Part shown: one piece after another, positions 7,708-17,127 of the stretch
Position numbering within the stretch: the first letter of the stretch is position 1
How the letters are laid out: every line of letters begins with the position of its first letter
NCBI GenBank assembly: GCA_043781815.1
Contig: JAYWBH010000643.1
Location: 1-28,875 of the forward strand
DNA from: Bryobacterales bacterium
Lineage (GTDB): Bacteria > Acidobacteriota > Terriglobia > Bryobacterales > Bryobacteraceae
DNA length: 28,875 bases
Direction: 5' to 3'
Notes under the pieces: generated by a model
The model's database searches: none
The model's input: only the letters and a program-made list of their open reading frames with translations
What the model was told of the DNA's origin: nothing
Translations under genes and position numbers: made by a program

Positions 7708-10397
7708 ATGCCGATTATCTTTGCCGATATCGAGCGGCTCGAAAACGGTGCGAAGTTGCACACGGCTGACCTCCACGTCCATTCTTTTGGCGCTTCAGAA
7801 GACGTGACTGACGAGACCATGACGCCTGAGGCGATCATAGAGGCGGCAGTGCAACATCATGTTTCGCTTTTGTGCCTCACCGACCACAATTCAGCACTGA
7901 ATACCCAACGCAGCATTGACTACGCGCTCGGGAAGTACGCAGGGCAGATCCTCGTCCTTGCTGGCGTCGAAATCACTACCTCGCATGGCCACCTCCTTGC
8001 TTACTTCGACCCGGATAAGGCCGATTCCGTCTCTACGCTGCTGGCTCGACTAGACCTTGTAGGTAAGCCTGGGGAAAGGGATACTCACACAAGGAAATCA
8101 ATGGCGGATGTCATTGCAGAAGTGGAGCGATTACAAGGTGTTTGTATTGCCGCCCATATCGATAGGACAAAGACTGGCTTCGAGATGTTTGCAACGGGCT
8201 ACCCCAACTGGAAAGCAGACATCATCACTTCGTCCGGTCTTTATGGCCTCGAGTTCGACGATCCATTGAACATCGTTTGGTTTTCACCCGAAGACAGTTG
8301 TCCCACCAATGGCGGCGAGCGGAGGAAATTGGTCGAGCGGCGGTCCAGAGCGTCGTCTACATCTGCGCGAGTTCGTCTAGCGTCAATTCAAAACTCGGAT
8401 TCTCACTCGCTTCGTGCCTTTATGAATCACTGCAACCGCCAGCAACTGACACGGTACAAAATGGATGTACTGTCTTTTGATGGCTTCAAAACGGCTCTCC
8501 TTGATTCGTATGCCCGTGTCCGTGTGGAAGCAACCGTGCCGCCAGCGGTCCCTCGAATCCTGGGAATGCATGTCGTGGGCGGATTTTTAGATGGAGACAC
8601 ATATCATTTTAGCGATAATCTCAACTGTTTCATTGGGGGCAGGGGGCTGGTAAGTCAACGGCGCTTCGAAGTCTAGCGTACGGAATGGGAACAACTGATG
8701 ATTTCGACCAATACGACAATTGCCCGGACACTGTCGTTATCTATTGCGAAGATGCCAATGGCATCCGATATAGATACGAACGGAGTCGAGGTGAAAATGT
8801 CCGGGTTCAATGTAAAGATGACAAGCTTGTTCAGGAAGTTGCGCCTGATTCGTTTCGGATCGAATTCTATGCGCAGAACGCTCTATCGGAAGTGGCGAAG
8901 GACCCGCATCAGAACGCTGGCCTTCTTCAGTTATTCCTCGACAAGCATATTATTCTGGGCGACCTCGTAAGCCGCGAAGAAGATCTCCTTTCAAGTCTGG
9001 ATCACAACAGCGGAATCCTGAGGCCATTGGAGGTCGCGATTGTTCAGCTTCCAATAAAAAAGCAGCAACTTGCTGGATTGAATCAAAAGCTGCTGATAGC
9101 TGAAACGGGTAAGGTGCGAGAGATTGTCGGCCAGAAGAGTCAGCTTGCTGCGGAGAGCACACTTCTGGAGGCATTGATCGGCGTTCAGAAGTTTTACGCT
9201 GACGGCATCTCAGTTACCCCTCTGCTACGTGATTTTGATGCTATTAGAGCTACTGCTGGCCAACTGACGGGAGATGAAGCCGTCCTACAAGAAATCGAGA
9301 AGATCCAGCACGCGGTGTCGAGCGCAAATTCACTGTTGGAGCGGGAGCGAACCACCATCAATCAAGGGTTATCCCAACAGGGAAAAGTTATTGGAACTTC
9401 AATCATAGCGATCAAGGCCAGGCACCACCAGATTAATCAGACGCTCGATGTCGCTGTTGAGCGTTTGCGCAAGCAAGGTCTAACCGCCTCCATTCAAGAA
9501 CTCAATACTCTTCTTAAGCAGAGAAAGCAGCTAACCCTCGACATAACCAACTTAGAGGTCCAGACAAAGCAGGCCGACGAACTGCGGGCAAAGCGCACTG
9601 CGCTGCTTGCTGAGCTGGAAGAGGTACGTCAGCAGATCAGACAACGCCGCAAAGGGCAGTTGAGCTCGATCAATGAGAACCTGAAACATACCATTCATGA
9701 TTATTCAGTCTATCTGTACTACGACGAGAGCGGAATGACAGAAGAATTTGCCGCTCTGATCTTGAACGTCATGCACGGCTCGTTTTTCCGTGCCGAGGTT
9801 GCGCAGTCCTTATGTGAAAAGATTACTCCGAAAGAACTGGCCGCACTCATTCTTGAAAAAGATGCTACGAAGATCGGTGCCAAGTGCGCTGTCGATGAAG
9901 ACTGGGCGACGATGCTGATAGACCAATTTGGCCATGTCACAAATCTTCATAAATTACAGGTTACCGATAAGCCGCCAAGGCCCGTGTTCAAGGTGCTGAC
10001 GAAAACGACTCCAGCAAGACCCATCCCGGTTTCACAGTTGTCAGACGGCCAAAAGCATACGATGTTTCTGACCATCGCGATGTTGGCGGAGTCCAATGAT
10101 CCGTTGGTCATCGACCAACCAGAGGATGATCTGGATAATGCTTTCATTTTTACCAGCGTCGTCGATACCCTTCGAAAAATCAAAGAAAGAAGACAGGTGT
10201 TGATCATTACTCACAACGCTAATATTGCCGTCCTCGGCGACTCGGAGTTAATCTTGCCGATGCGGCGCAATGGTGAAGGCGGCCAGGCATACAATCGAGG
10301 GTCGATTGACAAGACCGAGACGCGACAGGCAGCGCAGCACATCCTCGAAGGAGGCGCGTTGGCCTTTCAGAAGAGGAAAGAGATTTATGGTGTGTGA
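7708..10397 (+). pseudogene. PHP phosphoesterase + SMC/ABC-like ATPase (Ppl / TrlF-type defence protein), split by a frameshift at 8642-8646; 896 aa if repaired
   Basis: PHP motifs DLHVHS, LTDHN, GVEI, AAHID, NSDSH. Adding one G to the G5 run gives Walker A GGRGAGKST, continuing ALRSLAYGMGTTDD into ORF 8685. That ORF carries the signature LSDGQK, Walker B VIDQPEDDLDN and H-loop ITHNANI. SD GGAGG at 7696-7700. Confidence 0.88.
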
Positions 10398-10907
10398 AAC
10401 CGTTTGTTTTGAAAGGTTCCACGTAACGGCATAATGCGTTGGCGAGACGCAACTGACTGGGACTGTGGCATTCGGTCTCGTGTAGGCTCGGGCTACTCAG
10501 TACGATAACAATCGTCTATGCGCATTTTAGGTTGCCATATTCGACTAGTAGGGTGCACCAGTGTGGTGCAGTTTAGGTCACGATCAACAAAAAAGTGTAG
10601 CGGAGACTGAGGCGCTGCGGACTTGGACCACGGCGGCCCGTTACCCATCACGGCAGCCTGTAGGATCGCTCGCCGAATTCCAGTTCGCGGTTCCCGCCTC
10701 TATTCAGGAGTGCTTCAAACGCCTACCAGCATATTCTCATCGAAGGATGAACCTGAAGGAAGGACGGCCACAGGTCAGCTTCTACTTTGCTTTACTTAGC
10801 ACAGACCCGGCAACGCCGCTACCGAACCCAGCCACAACCCATTCCACATTGATTCTAAACCACTTAACCATAACTCCCACCCCATCCCCTGCTATCCTAT
10901 CGCCGCA

Positions 10908-11918
10908 ATGCAAAACGTCGAAATACAAAACAAAGATAAACGTAAACTCACTTCGCGCCTCAACGCGCTCAAATCCACCGGTCCCACAACCCCCGAAGGC
11001 AAATCCCGCTCAGCCGCCAACTCCCGCACCCACGGGGCCTACGCTCAAAATCTTATCCTCCCAGGCGAAGAGCCCGCCGATTTCCAAATCCTCCTGGACA
11101 CCCACCTCCATACCTGGAAACCCACTAACCCCATCGAAGATATCTTCGTCATGGAAATGGCCACCACCCTTTGGAGCCTGCGCCGACAAGCCCCCGCCGA
11201 ATCCAGCCTCATTCATATTCAAATCCAACGCATGCGTCCCGCCATCGAAGCGGAATTCGACTCCTTTAGTGCGGGAGGCCTCTACGCACTAGCCGTCACC
11301 TCACTTCATAGCCATGGCAACGGCCTGTCCCAAATCATCCGCCAGGGTCGTCGATTGCTGCGTCAATACGAAAGCCTTACTCAGCCGCTACTCTCCATGC
11401 GCCAGTTGTTTCCACCCGCAATACCCGACCCCATCCGTTACCATCCACCGCCAGTCTCAGAATCGGAACAGGAAAATGAACCCGTTGAAACGAAGCTAAC
11501 TGATGCCCCAAACACGTACCCATCACTCGCATCGGAAATCGAGTTCACAACCCGTGCAGTATCCTCTATGTTTCACGGCCAGCCAGGCCAGCCAAACCGG
11601 CCCAAACGCATTCCAAGGCCGCGTCAAGTTCTGCGCAATCCCACAAACAATAGACGTTGCACTCCACCCTCTGTTACAACTGTGTATCCTGCTAAAGCAG
11701 CAAAAGAGGCACACCATGCAACTACGCAATCCCGACCCAGGGCTCTACAATCACGACCTGGCCCCTATCGCCACCGAAAATCGCTCTTGGGGCATCTACA
11801 ATTACGTATCGCTTTGGGTGGCCATGAGTGTTTGTATTCCCACTTACATGCTGGCCTCCGGACTCATCGCGGGCGGCATGAGTTGGAGCCAGTCCATCGG
11901 CACCATTCTGCTGGGTAA
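10908..11918 (+). CDS. Hypothetical protein of the acidobacterial 'NAxKSTGPxTxEGK' family; 3' end uncertain
   Basis: N-terminal RLNALKSTGPTTPEGKSRSAANSRTHG...LILPGE...P...E.......LWSLRR pattern, then a Pro-rich tail. As read, it overlaps the NCS1 gene by 203 nt, so the true end may be near 11653. Confidence 0.6.
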   Translation: MQNVEIQNKDKRKLTSRLNALKSTGPTTPEGKSRSAANSRTHGAYAQNLILPGEEPADFQILLDTHLHTWKPTNPIEDIFVMEMATTLWSLRRQAPAESSLIHIQIQRMRPAIEAEFDSFSAGGLYALAVTSLHSHGNGLSQIIRQGRRLLRQYESLTQPLLSMRQLFPPAIPDPIRYHPPPVSESEQENEPVETKLTDAPNTYPSLASEIEFTTRAVSSMFHGQPGQPNRPKRIPRPRQVLRNPTNNRRCTPPSVTTVYPAKAAKEAHHATTQSRPRALQSRPGPYRHRKSLLGHLQLRIALGGHECLYSHLHAGLRTHRGRHELEPVHRHHSAG

Positions 11919-13098
11919 CTTGATCGTGTTGATCCCCATGTTACTCAATGCCCATGCCGGTGCAAAGTACGGCATCCCCTTCCCTGTGCTGGTTCGCGCG
12001 TCTTTTGGAGTGCGTGGTGCGAATGTCCCCGCCGTGTTGCGAGCCTTGGTTGCCTGCGGCTGGTTCGGCATTCAAACCTGGATCGGTGGGCAGGCAATTT
12101 ATACCATGTTGCAAATCCTTTGGCCCGCATCTGCCCAGTTGCCCGGCGGCGTGTGGATCTGTTTCTTCTCCTTTTGGGCGCTGAACATGGCAGTGATTTG
12201 GCGTGGCATTGAAACCATCAAAGTATTAGAAGGGATCGGCGCTCCGTTCATGTTAGTGGTTGGCCTGCTGTTGCTGTTTTGGATCACCAACAAGGCAGGC
12301 GGCTTCGGGCCCGTGTTGAGCACGCCCAGTAAATTCAAAACTACTGCCGATTTCATTCGCTTCTTCATCCCTTCACTTACAGGCATGGTTGGCTTTTGGG
12401 CCACCGTGGCATTGAACATCCCCGACTTCACCCGCTATGCCAAATCGCAAAAAGCGCAGATGATGGGGCAGGCGTTGGGACTGCCCGCCGCCATGACGTT
12501 GTATTCGTTCATTGGCGTGGCTGTCACTTCTGCATCTGCCGTTTTGTTCGGCGAACCCATTTGGGATCCGGTAATTCTGCTCTCCCGATTCAATCAGCCG
12601 GTGATCGCCTTCATCGCTTTGATCGCCCTGCTACTAGCCACGTTGAATACCAATGTGGCGGCCAATGTGGTGTCTCCATCGAATGACTTTTCCAACTTGA
12701 AACCCAGCCTGATTTCGTTCCGCACTGGCGGCTTGATCACAGGAGTTTTAGGAATCGCCATGATGCCCTGGAAGTTACTCAGCGATTTCAGCTCCTATAT
12801 ATTTGGGTGGCTCGTCGGCTATTCCGGCTTGTTAGGACCCATCGCTGGAATCATGATCACCGATTACTTTCTGGTTCGCGGACGGCAACTGGATGTTGAG
12901 GATTTGTACCGTCGTGGTGGCCAGTATGAGTATTCGAACGGTGTAAATTGGAAGGCCATCTTCGCACTTGGCGCGGGAATTGTATTGGCATTAATCGGTC
13001 TGGTGCTACCGCCGGTGCGCTGGCTGTACGACTACGCCTGGTTCGTAGGATTCGCAGTTTCCGGAATAGTCTACCTAGTACTAATGCGACGCGAGTAA
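11716..13098 (+). CDS. NCS1-family nucleobase:cation symporter (uracil/allantoin/hydantoin type), 460 aa
   Basis: SD AGAGG at 11705-11709; motifs LWVAMSV, KYGIPFPVLVRASFG, ACGWFGIQTW, NIPDFTRY, TNVAANVVSP, FRTGGLIT; many TM helices. Start moved from the track's 11503 to 11716. Confidence 0.95.
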   Translation: MQLRNPDPGLYNHDLAPIATENRSWGIYNYVSLWVAMSVCIPTYMLASGLIAGGMSWSQSIGTILLGNLIVLIPMLLNAHAGAKYGIPFPVLVRASFGVRGANVPAVLRALVACGWFGIQTWIGGQAIYTMLQILWPASAQLPGGVWICFFSFWALNMAVIWRGIETIKVLEGIGAPFMLVVGLLLLFWITNKAGGFGPVLSTPSKFKTTADFIRFFIPSLTGMVGFWATVALNIPDFTRYAKSQKAQMMGQALGLPAAMTLYSFIGVAVTSASAVLFGEPIWDPVILLSRFNQPVIAFIALIALLLATLNTNVAANVVSPSNDFSNLKPSLISFRTGGLITGVLGIAMMPWKLLSDFSSYIFGWLVGYSGLLGPIAGIMITDYFLVRGRQLDVEDLYRRGGQYEYSNGVNWKAIFALGAGIVLALIGLVLPPVRWLYDYAWFVGFAVSGIVYLVLMRRE

Positions 13099-13146
13099 TC
13101 TTGTTGTTTGTAAATTCTGGTATATATTTGAGTTAATACAAATACC

Positions 13147-15126
13147 ATGCGACAAAAATGCGCGCTGATTGCTTTTATTTTGATCCCTCTAGCAGCGTTG
13201 GCCGCCGACTGGAAGCCGATCCTTGCCGAAGAACTTGCGCTGAAGACGCCCAAGATAGATCCCAATGCCGATGCCGAAGCAATATTTTGGGATGTCAAAA
13301 TCTACGACATCATTCGAAGTGATTATGTTGAGCATCACCAGGAAAACTATGTGCGCATCAAGATTTTCAATGACCGTGGAGTCAAGTCGCAATCCACTGT
13401 GGACATTCCATATTCCACAACGTTGAAAACAACTATCGGTCAGTTGAGTGGGCGCACAATCAAAGCCGACGGTTCCATTGTGAACTTAAAAAGTGACGCG
13501 ATTTTTGACAAAACCAACGTCAAGGTGGGCAAGCGACTTTCCCTTAAAACTCGTTCCTTCACGCTTCCCGCGGTGGAGCCCGGCGTCATCATTGAGTACC
13601 AATGGAAAGAAGTGTACAGCGAAACGTACTTCCGTTATGTCGAACTGAAAATGTATCGCGATGTACCAATTTGGAAAGCCACTTACTACGTTCGACCATT
13701 GGTCAGTGACCGGTTCCCCTTCAAAATGGGTTACTACAATTTCAACTGCAAGCCTTCCATGTGGGAGCTGGTGAAGTTGCCAGAACCATTCTCTATGATT
13801 CATTTGGAGAACATTCCCGCCTGGCCAGACGAGCCCGATTCCCCTCCAGACCGCGAGGTAAAGCCCTGGGTCTTAATCTACTATTCCGACAAGGAACAAT
13901 CCAACGCGAAGAAGTTTTGGACCAAGGAATCAAACGACCTCAGTGAAGCGTTCAAGAAAGAAGTGAAGCTGACCAGTGATATTAAGAAGACGGCTACGGA
14001 ATTGGTTTCTGGCATAAAGTCTGAAGAAGAACAGATGTTGAAAATCGCCGATTTCTGTCGTACAAAAATCAAGAACGTTGCTTTTGATGTGAACGGCATG
14101 ACGGCTGAAGAACGTTCCAAATTCAAGGGCAAGGAGTTCACACCCACTGGCGATACATTGAAGAGCAAAATTGGATATCCCACCGATATCAACAAACTGT
14201 TTGTAGCGTTGGCGCAAGCTGCCGGGTTTGACGCTTATGGCGTGCGCGCCACCAGTGCTGATCGCGCCTATTTCCGCAACGACCTGATGGATTCCTACCT
14301 GATGAATTCTGTCTTGGCTGCCGCGAAAGTGGATGGAAAGTGGCGTTTTTACGATGTAACTAACCCCTACATTCCTTCTGGAATGGTGGATTGGGATCAG
14401 GAAGGGATGGCCGCAGTGATTCTGCAAGGTAAAGAATTGGCGCTCATACCAATTCCAGTTTCTAAGCCGGAACAGACAAAGATGACTCGCCTTGCGAAAT
14501 TGGTTCTGTCCGAAGATGGGACGTTGGAAGGATCGGTGGATATCACCATGTCAGGGCATCGTGGTGTGGCGGTGAAGCGGGCATTGGAAAGCCATTCCGA
14601 TGCCAAGCGTCAGGAAGATATGAAGAAGCGCATTGAAGCAGAGCATGGCGAAGTGGAAGTAAGCAACATCAAGATTGAAAATGTGAACGATCCCTTACTT
14701 CCCTTTCACTATACTTACCAGGTGAAGATCATGAACTATGCGCAGCGCACGGGCAAGCGTCTATTCTTTCAACCAGCTTTCTTCGAACATGGGCATAGAG
14801 CTCGTTTTGAAAATGCAGAGCGCAAGACCGGCATTGTATTTCAGTACGCCTTCTCGGAAATAGATCAAGTTCGAATTGAAATGCCCGAAGGATATGAGTT
14901 GGAATCGCCTGAAGCTCCTGGTTCAGCGAAGCTGGCAAATGTTGGCGATCACTCCATTGAGATTTCAGTGGAAAAGCTGGGGAAGGCGATTGTAACCAAT
15001 CGCAATTTTGTTTGGGGGAAGGAAGGGCAGACCGTTTTCAACCGTGAGGCTTATACACAGTTAAAGGCGATTTTCGACGAGATCCACAAGCGCGATGAGC
15101 ACTTGTTGACATTGAGGCAACAATGA
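13147..15126 (+). CDS. Secreted DUF3857 + transglutaminase-like domain protein, catalytic residues degenerate
   Basis: Signal peptide; DUF3857-type N-terminus (RIKIFN..G, TLPAVEPGVIIEY). The GDCKD position reads GYPTD (Cys to Pro, 14179-14181) and NH reads NS (14308-14310). Confidence 0.85.
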   Translation: MRQKCALIAFILIPLAALAADWKPILAEELALKTPKIDPNADAEAIFWDVKIYDIIRSDYVEHHQENYVRIKIFNDRGVKSQSTVDIPYSTTLKTTIGQLSGRTIKADGSIVNLKSDAIFDKTNVKVGKRLSLKTRSFTLPAVEPGVIIEYQWKEVYSETYFRYVELKMYRDVPIWKATYYVRPLVSDRFPFKMGYYNFNCKPSMWELVKLPEPFSMIHLENIPAWPDEPDSPPDREVKPWVLIYYSDKEQSNAKKFWTKESNDLSEAFKKEVKLTSDIKKTATELVSGIKSEEEQMLKIADFCRTKIKNVAFDVNGMTAEERSKFKGKEFTPTGDTLKSKIGYPTDINKLFVALAQAAGFDAYGVRATSADRAYFRNDLMDSYLMNSVLAAAKVDGKWRFYDVTNPYIPSGMVDWDQEGMAAVILQGKELALIPIPVSKPEQTKMTRLAKLVLSEDGTLEGSVDITMSGHRGVAVKRALESHSDAKRQEDMKKRIEAEHGEVEVSNIKIENVNDPLLPFHYTYQVKIMNYAQRTGKRLFFQPAFFEHGHRARFENAERKTGIVFQYAFSEIDQVRIEMPEGYELESPEAPGSAKLANVGDHSIEISVEKLGKAIVTNRNFVWGKEGQTVFNREAYTQLKAIFDEIHKRDEHLLTLRQQ

Positions 15127-17078
15127 TCCGACGACTGGTTTTCCCCATCCTATTTGCGGCTTCCGTGCTTTCCGCTGCGGAGAGCGCACCGGGTTGGCTT
15201 AAGGAATTGGGACAATCCTCATTGCCCAAATACGCTGCCAAAGTATCGGCAGTGGTGTTGGTGAATGAAGAGTCCACCACGGTGGAAGCTAGTGGACGCC
15301 GTCTGCGCACCACCCGCTATGCAGTTAAAATTCTGAACAAAGAAGGTGCCCGTCATGCATCCCAAGGGGATGTTTACTACACCGATACCGGCAAAGTTCG
15401 CGATATGAAAGGTTGGCTCATCATGCCATCAGGCAAGGTGAAAGAATACGGTAAAGCCGAAGCAACTGAGATGGGCGCTGGCAGCGGATTGTACGAGCAG
15501 GCAAAGGTGCGGATGATCAATGCCGCAAGCGATGCCGATCCTGGAGCGATCTTCGGTTTCGAATCCACCATTGAAGAAAAGTCCGTTTTTACTCAGTATA
15601 TTTTCGATTTTCAAGATGATCTGCCTTCTTTGCGTTCGGCCATGGTGCTGAACCTGCCTGCTGATTGGAAGGCTGAAGCGAAGATGTTTCGTGGGCTGGA
15701 TGTGGAAACAATCAAGCCGGAAGTTTCCGGATCTTCCTATCGTTGGCAGTTGGTGAATCTTGCTCCGTTTGAACGGGAACCCGGTGCGCCACGCAGATCT
15801 TCACAGAATGCCCGTTTAGTGGTGACCGCGTATCCACCACCCGGTGCATCTTCAACCCGCTTTGAAACGTGGCGCGATGTTTCAGCATGGGGAATGCAGG
15901 TCTCAGATCCGTCAGCAAAAATAACTGCGGAATTGCAGACCCAAGCGGAAAAGATCACCGCCAAGGCTACAACGAAATGGGAAAAGTTAAAGGCGTTATC
16001 GGAGTATGCTCAACACATCCGCTATGAATCCATACAATTGAATTTATCGCGTGGCGGGGGTTACACGCCGCGTCCAGCGGCCACCATCATGGCCAAAGGC
16101 TATGGTGATTGCAAGGACAAAGCTAACTACTTGCGCACCCTGTTAAAGGCCATTGGCGTGGAATCGTTTCCGGTGATGATCTATTCTGGAGATCCACGTC
16201 GTACCCGTAAAGAGTGGCCATCGCCCATGCAATTCAACCACGCCATTTTGGCCATGCGCGTTGCTGACGATGTGAAGAGTCCAGCAGTTTTCGATTTTCC
16301 AGGCATCGGCCATTTACTTTTGTTCGACCCTACCGATGAAACCGTGCCCTTTGGATTTGTGCCCGATCATGAACAAGACACATTTGCTCTGTTAGCGGCA
16401 GGGGATTTGGGCGACATTTTCAAGACGCCCACCACAACGCCAGACGTAAATCACCTGGAGCGGAAGGTGCAATTGAAGGTCACTGCAGAAGGCGATCTAA
16501 CCGCATCGCTGCAACAAACCAGTTCCGGGCAGGAAGCTTTTGACTCGCTTTGGGCATTCAAGAATCAATCCTTACCGGACTATGTTAAATCAGTGGAGCG
16601 GCGTATTTCCCGTGGTGCGGCAGCTGCCAAACTTTCCAAAGTAGAACCTAAGGAAGACGTTGCGGCACACACTTTCCACCTTGCTGTTGACTTCACGGCA
16701 ACAAATTATGCCAGGTCCATGCAAGGCAGATTGATGATGGTGAAACCGTTTGTGATGAGCTACGCCGGGTTGCCGAATGTCAACGATCCCAAACGGACAC
16801 AGCCTCTGATCATCAGGCCAGCGTCGTTTAAGGAGAGTATTGAATTAGAAGTCCCCGCGGGATTTGCGGTAGATGAATTTCCCGATTCTGGTTCCATTGA
16901 ATCTGAGTTCGGCACATACAAAGTGTCTTTCCGCAAGCAAGACAATAAAGTTTACGGAGAGCGCGAATTGGAATTGAGATCGGCCTGGGTCCCAGTTGAA
17001 AAGTTCAAAGAGGCTAGAGACTTCTTCGGAAAGTTTGGTGCGACCGAGCAATCCCCGGTGGTTCTTGTCCGGAAGTAA
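15123..17078 (+). CDS. Secreted DUF3857 + transglutaminase-like domain protein with an intact Cys-His-Asp triad
   Basis: Signal peptide; GYGDCKDKA (Cys 16110-16112), QFNHAIL (His 16239-16241), LFDPT (Asp 16326-16328). ATGA overlap with the upstream paralogue. Confidence 0.88.
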   Translation: MIRRLVFPILFAASVLSAAESAPGWLKELGQSSLPKYAAKVSAVVLVNEESTTVEASGRRLRTTRYAVKILNKEGARHASQGDVYYTDTGKVRDMKGWLIMPSGKVKEYGKAEATEMGAGSGLYEQAKVRMINAASDADPGAIFGFESTIEEKSVFTQYIFDFQDDLPSLRSAMVLNLPADWKAEAKMFRGLDVETIKPEVSGSSYRWQLVNLAPFEREPGAPRRSSQNARLVVTAYPPPGASSTRFETWRDVSAWGMQVSDPSAKITAELQTQAEKITAKATTKWEKLKALSEYAQHIRYESIQLNLSRGGGYTPRPAATIMAKGYGDCKDKANYLRTLLKAIGVESFPVMIYSGDPRRTRKEWPSPMQFNHAILAMRVADDVKSPAVFDFPGIGHLLLFDPTDETVPFGFVPDHEQDTFALLAAGDLGDIFKTPTTTPDVNHLERKVQLKVTAEGDLTASLQQTSSGQEAFDSLWAFKNQSLPDYVKSVERRISRGAAAAKLSKVEPKEDVAAHTFHLAVDFTATNYARSMQGRLMMVKPFVMSYAGLPNVNDPKRTQPLIIRPASFKESIELEVPAGFAVDEFPDSGSIESEFGTYKVSFRKQDNKVYGERELELRSAWVPVEKFKEARDFFGKFGATEQSPVVLVRK

Positions 17079-17127
17079 AAAGAGTCTACACTGAAAATAT
17101 AGTTAGATTTTGCTTTTGGGAGGCGTT

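Noticed and set aside
8635-8650. Canonical programmed -1 frameshift signal or G-quadruplex at the ppl break
   Set aside because: No X-XXY-YYZ heptamer in the zero frame and no clear downstream stimulator; only two long G tracts. It is kept only as a homopolymer-slip hypothesis.
10400-10600. Small hairpins (e.g. TGCACCA-GTG-TGGTGCA at 10554-10570) as a tRNA, retron msr-msd or island att site
   Set aside because: No cloverleaf, reverse transcriptase or integrase, and no matching repeat at the other island edge.
10561-11292. 243-aa Pro/Thr-rich track ORF
   Set aside because: A by-product of the C-rich strand overlapping the 10908 ORF, which carries the recognisable motif.
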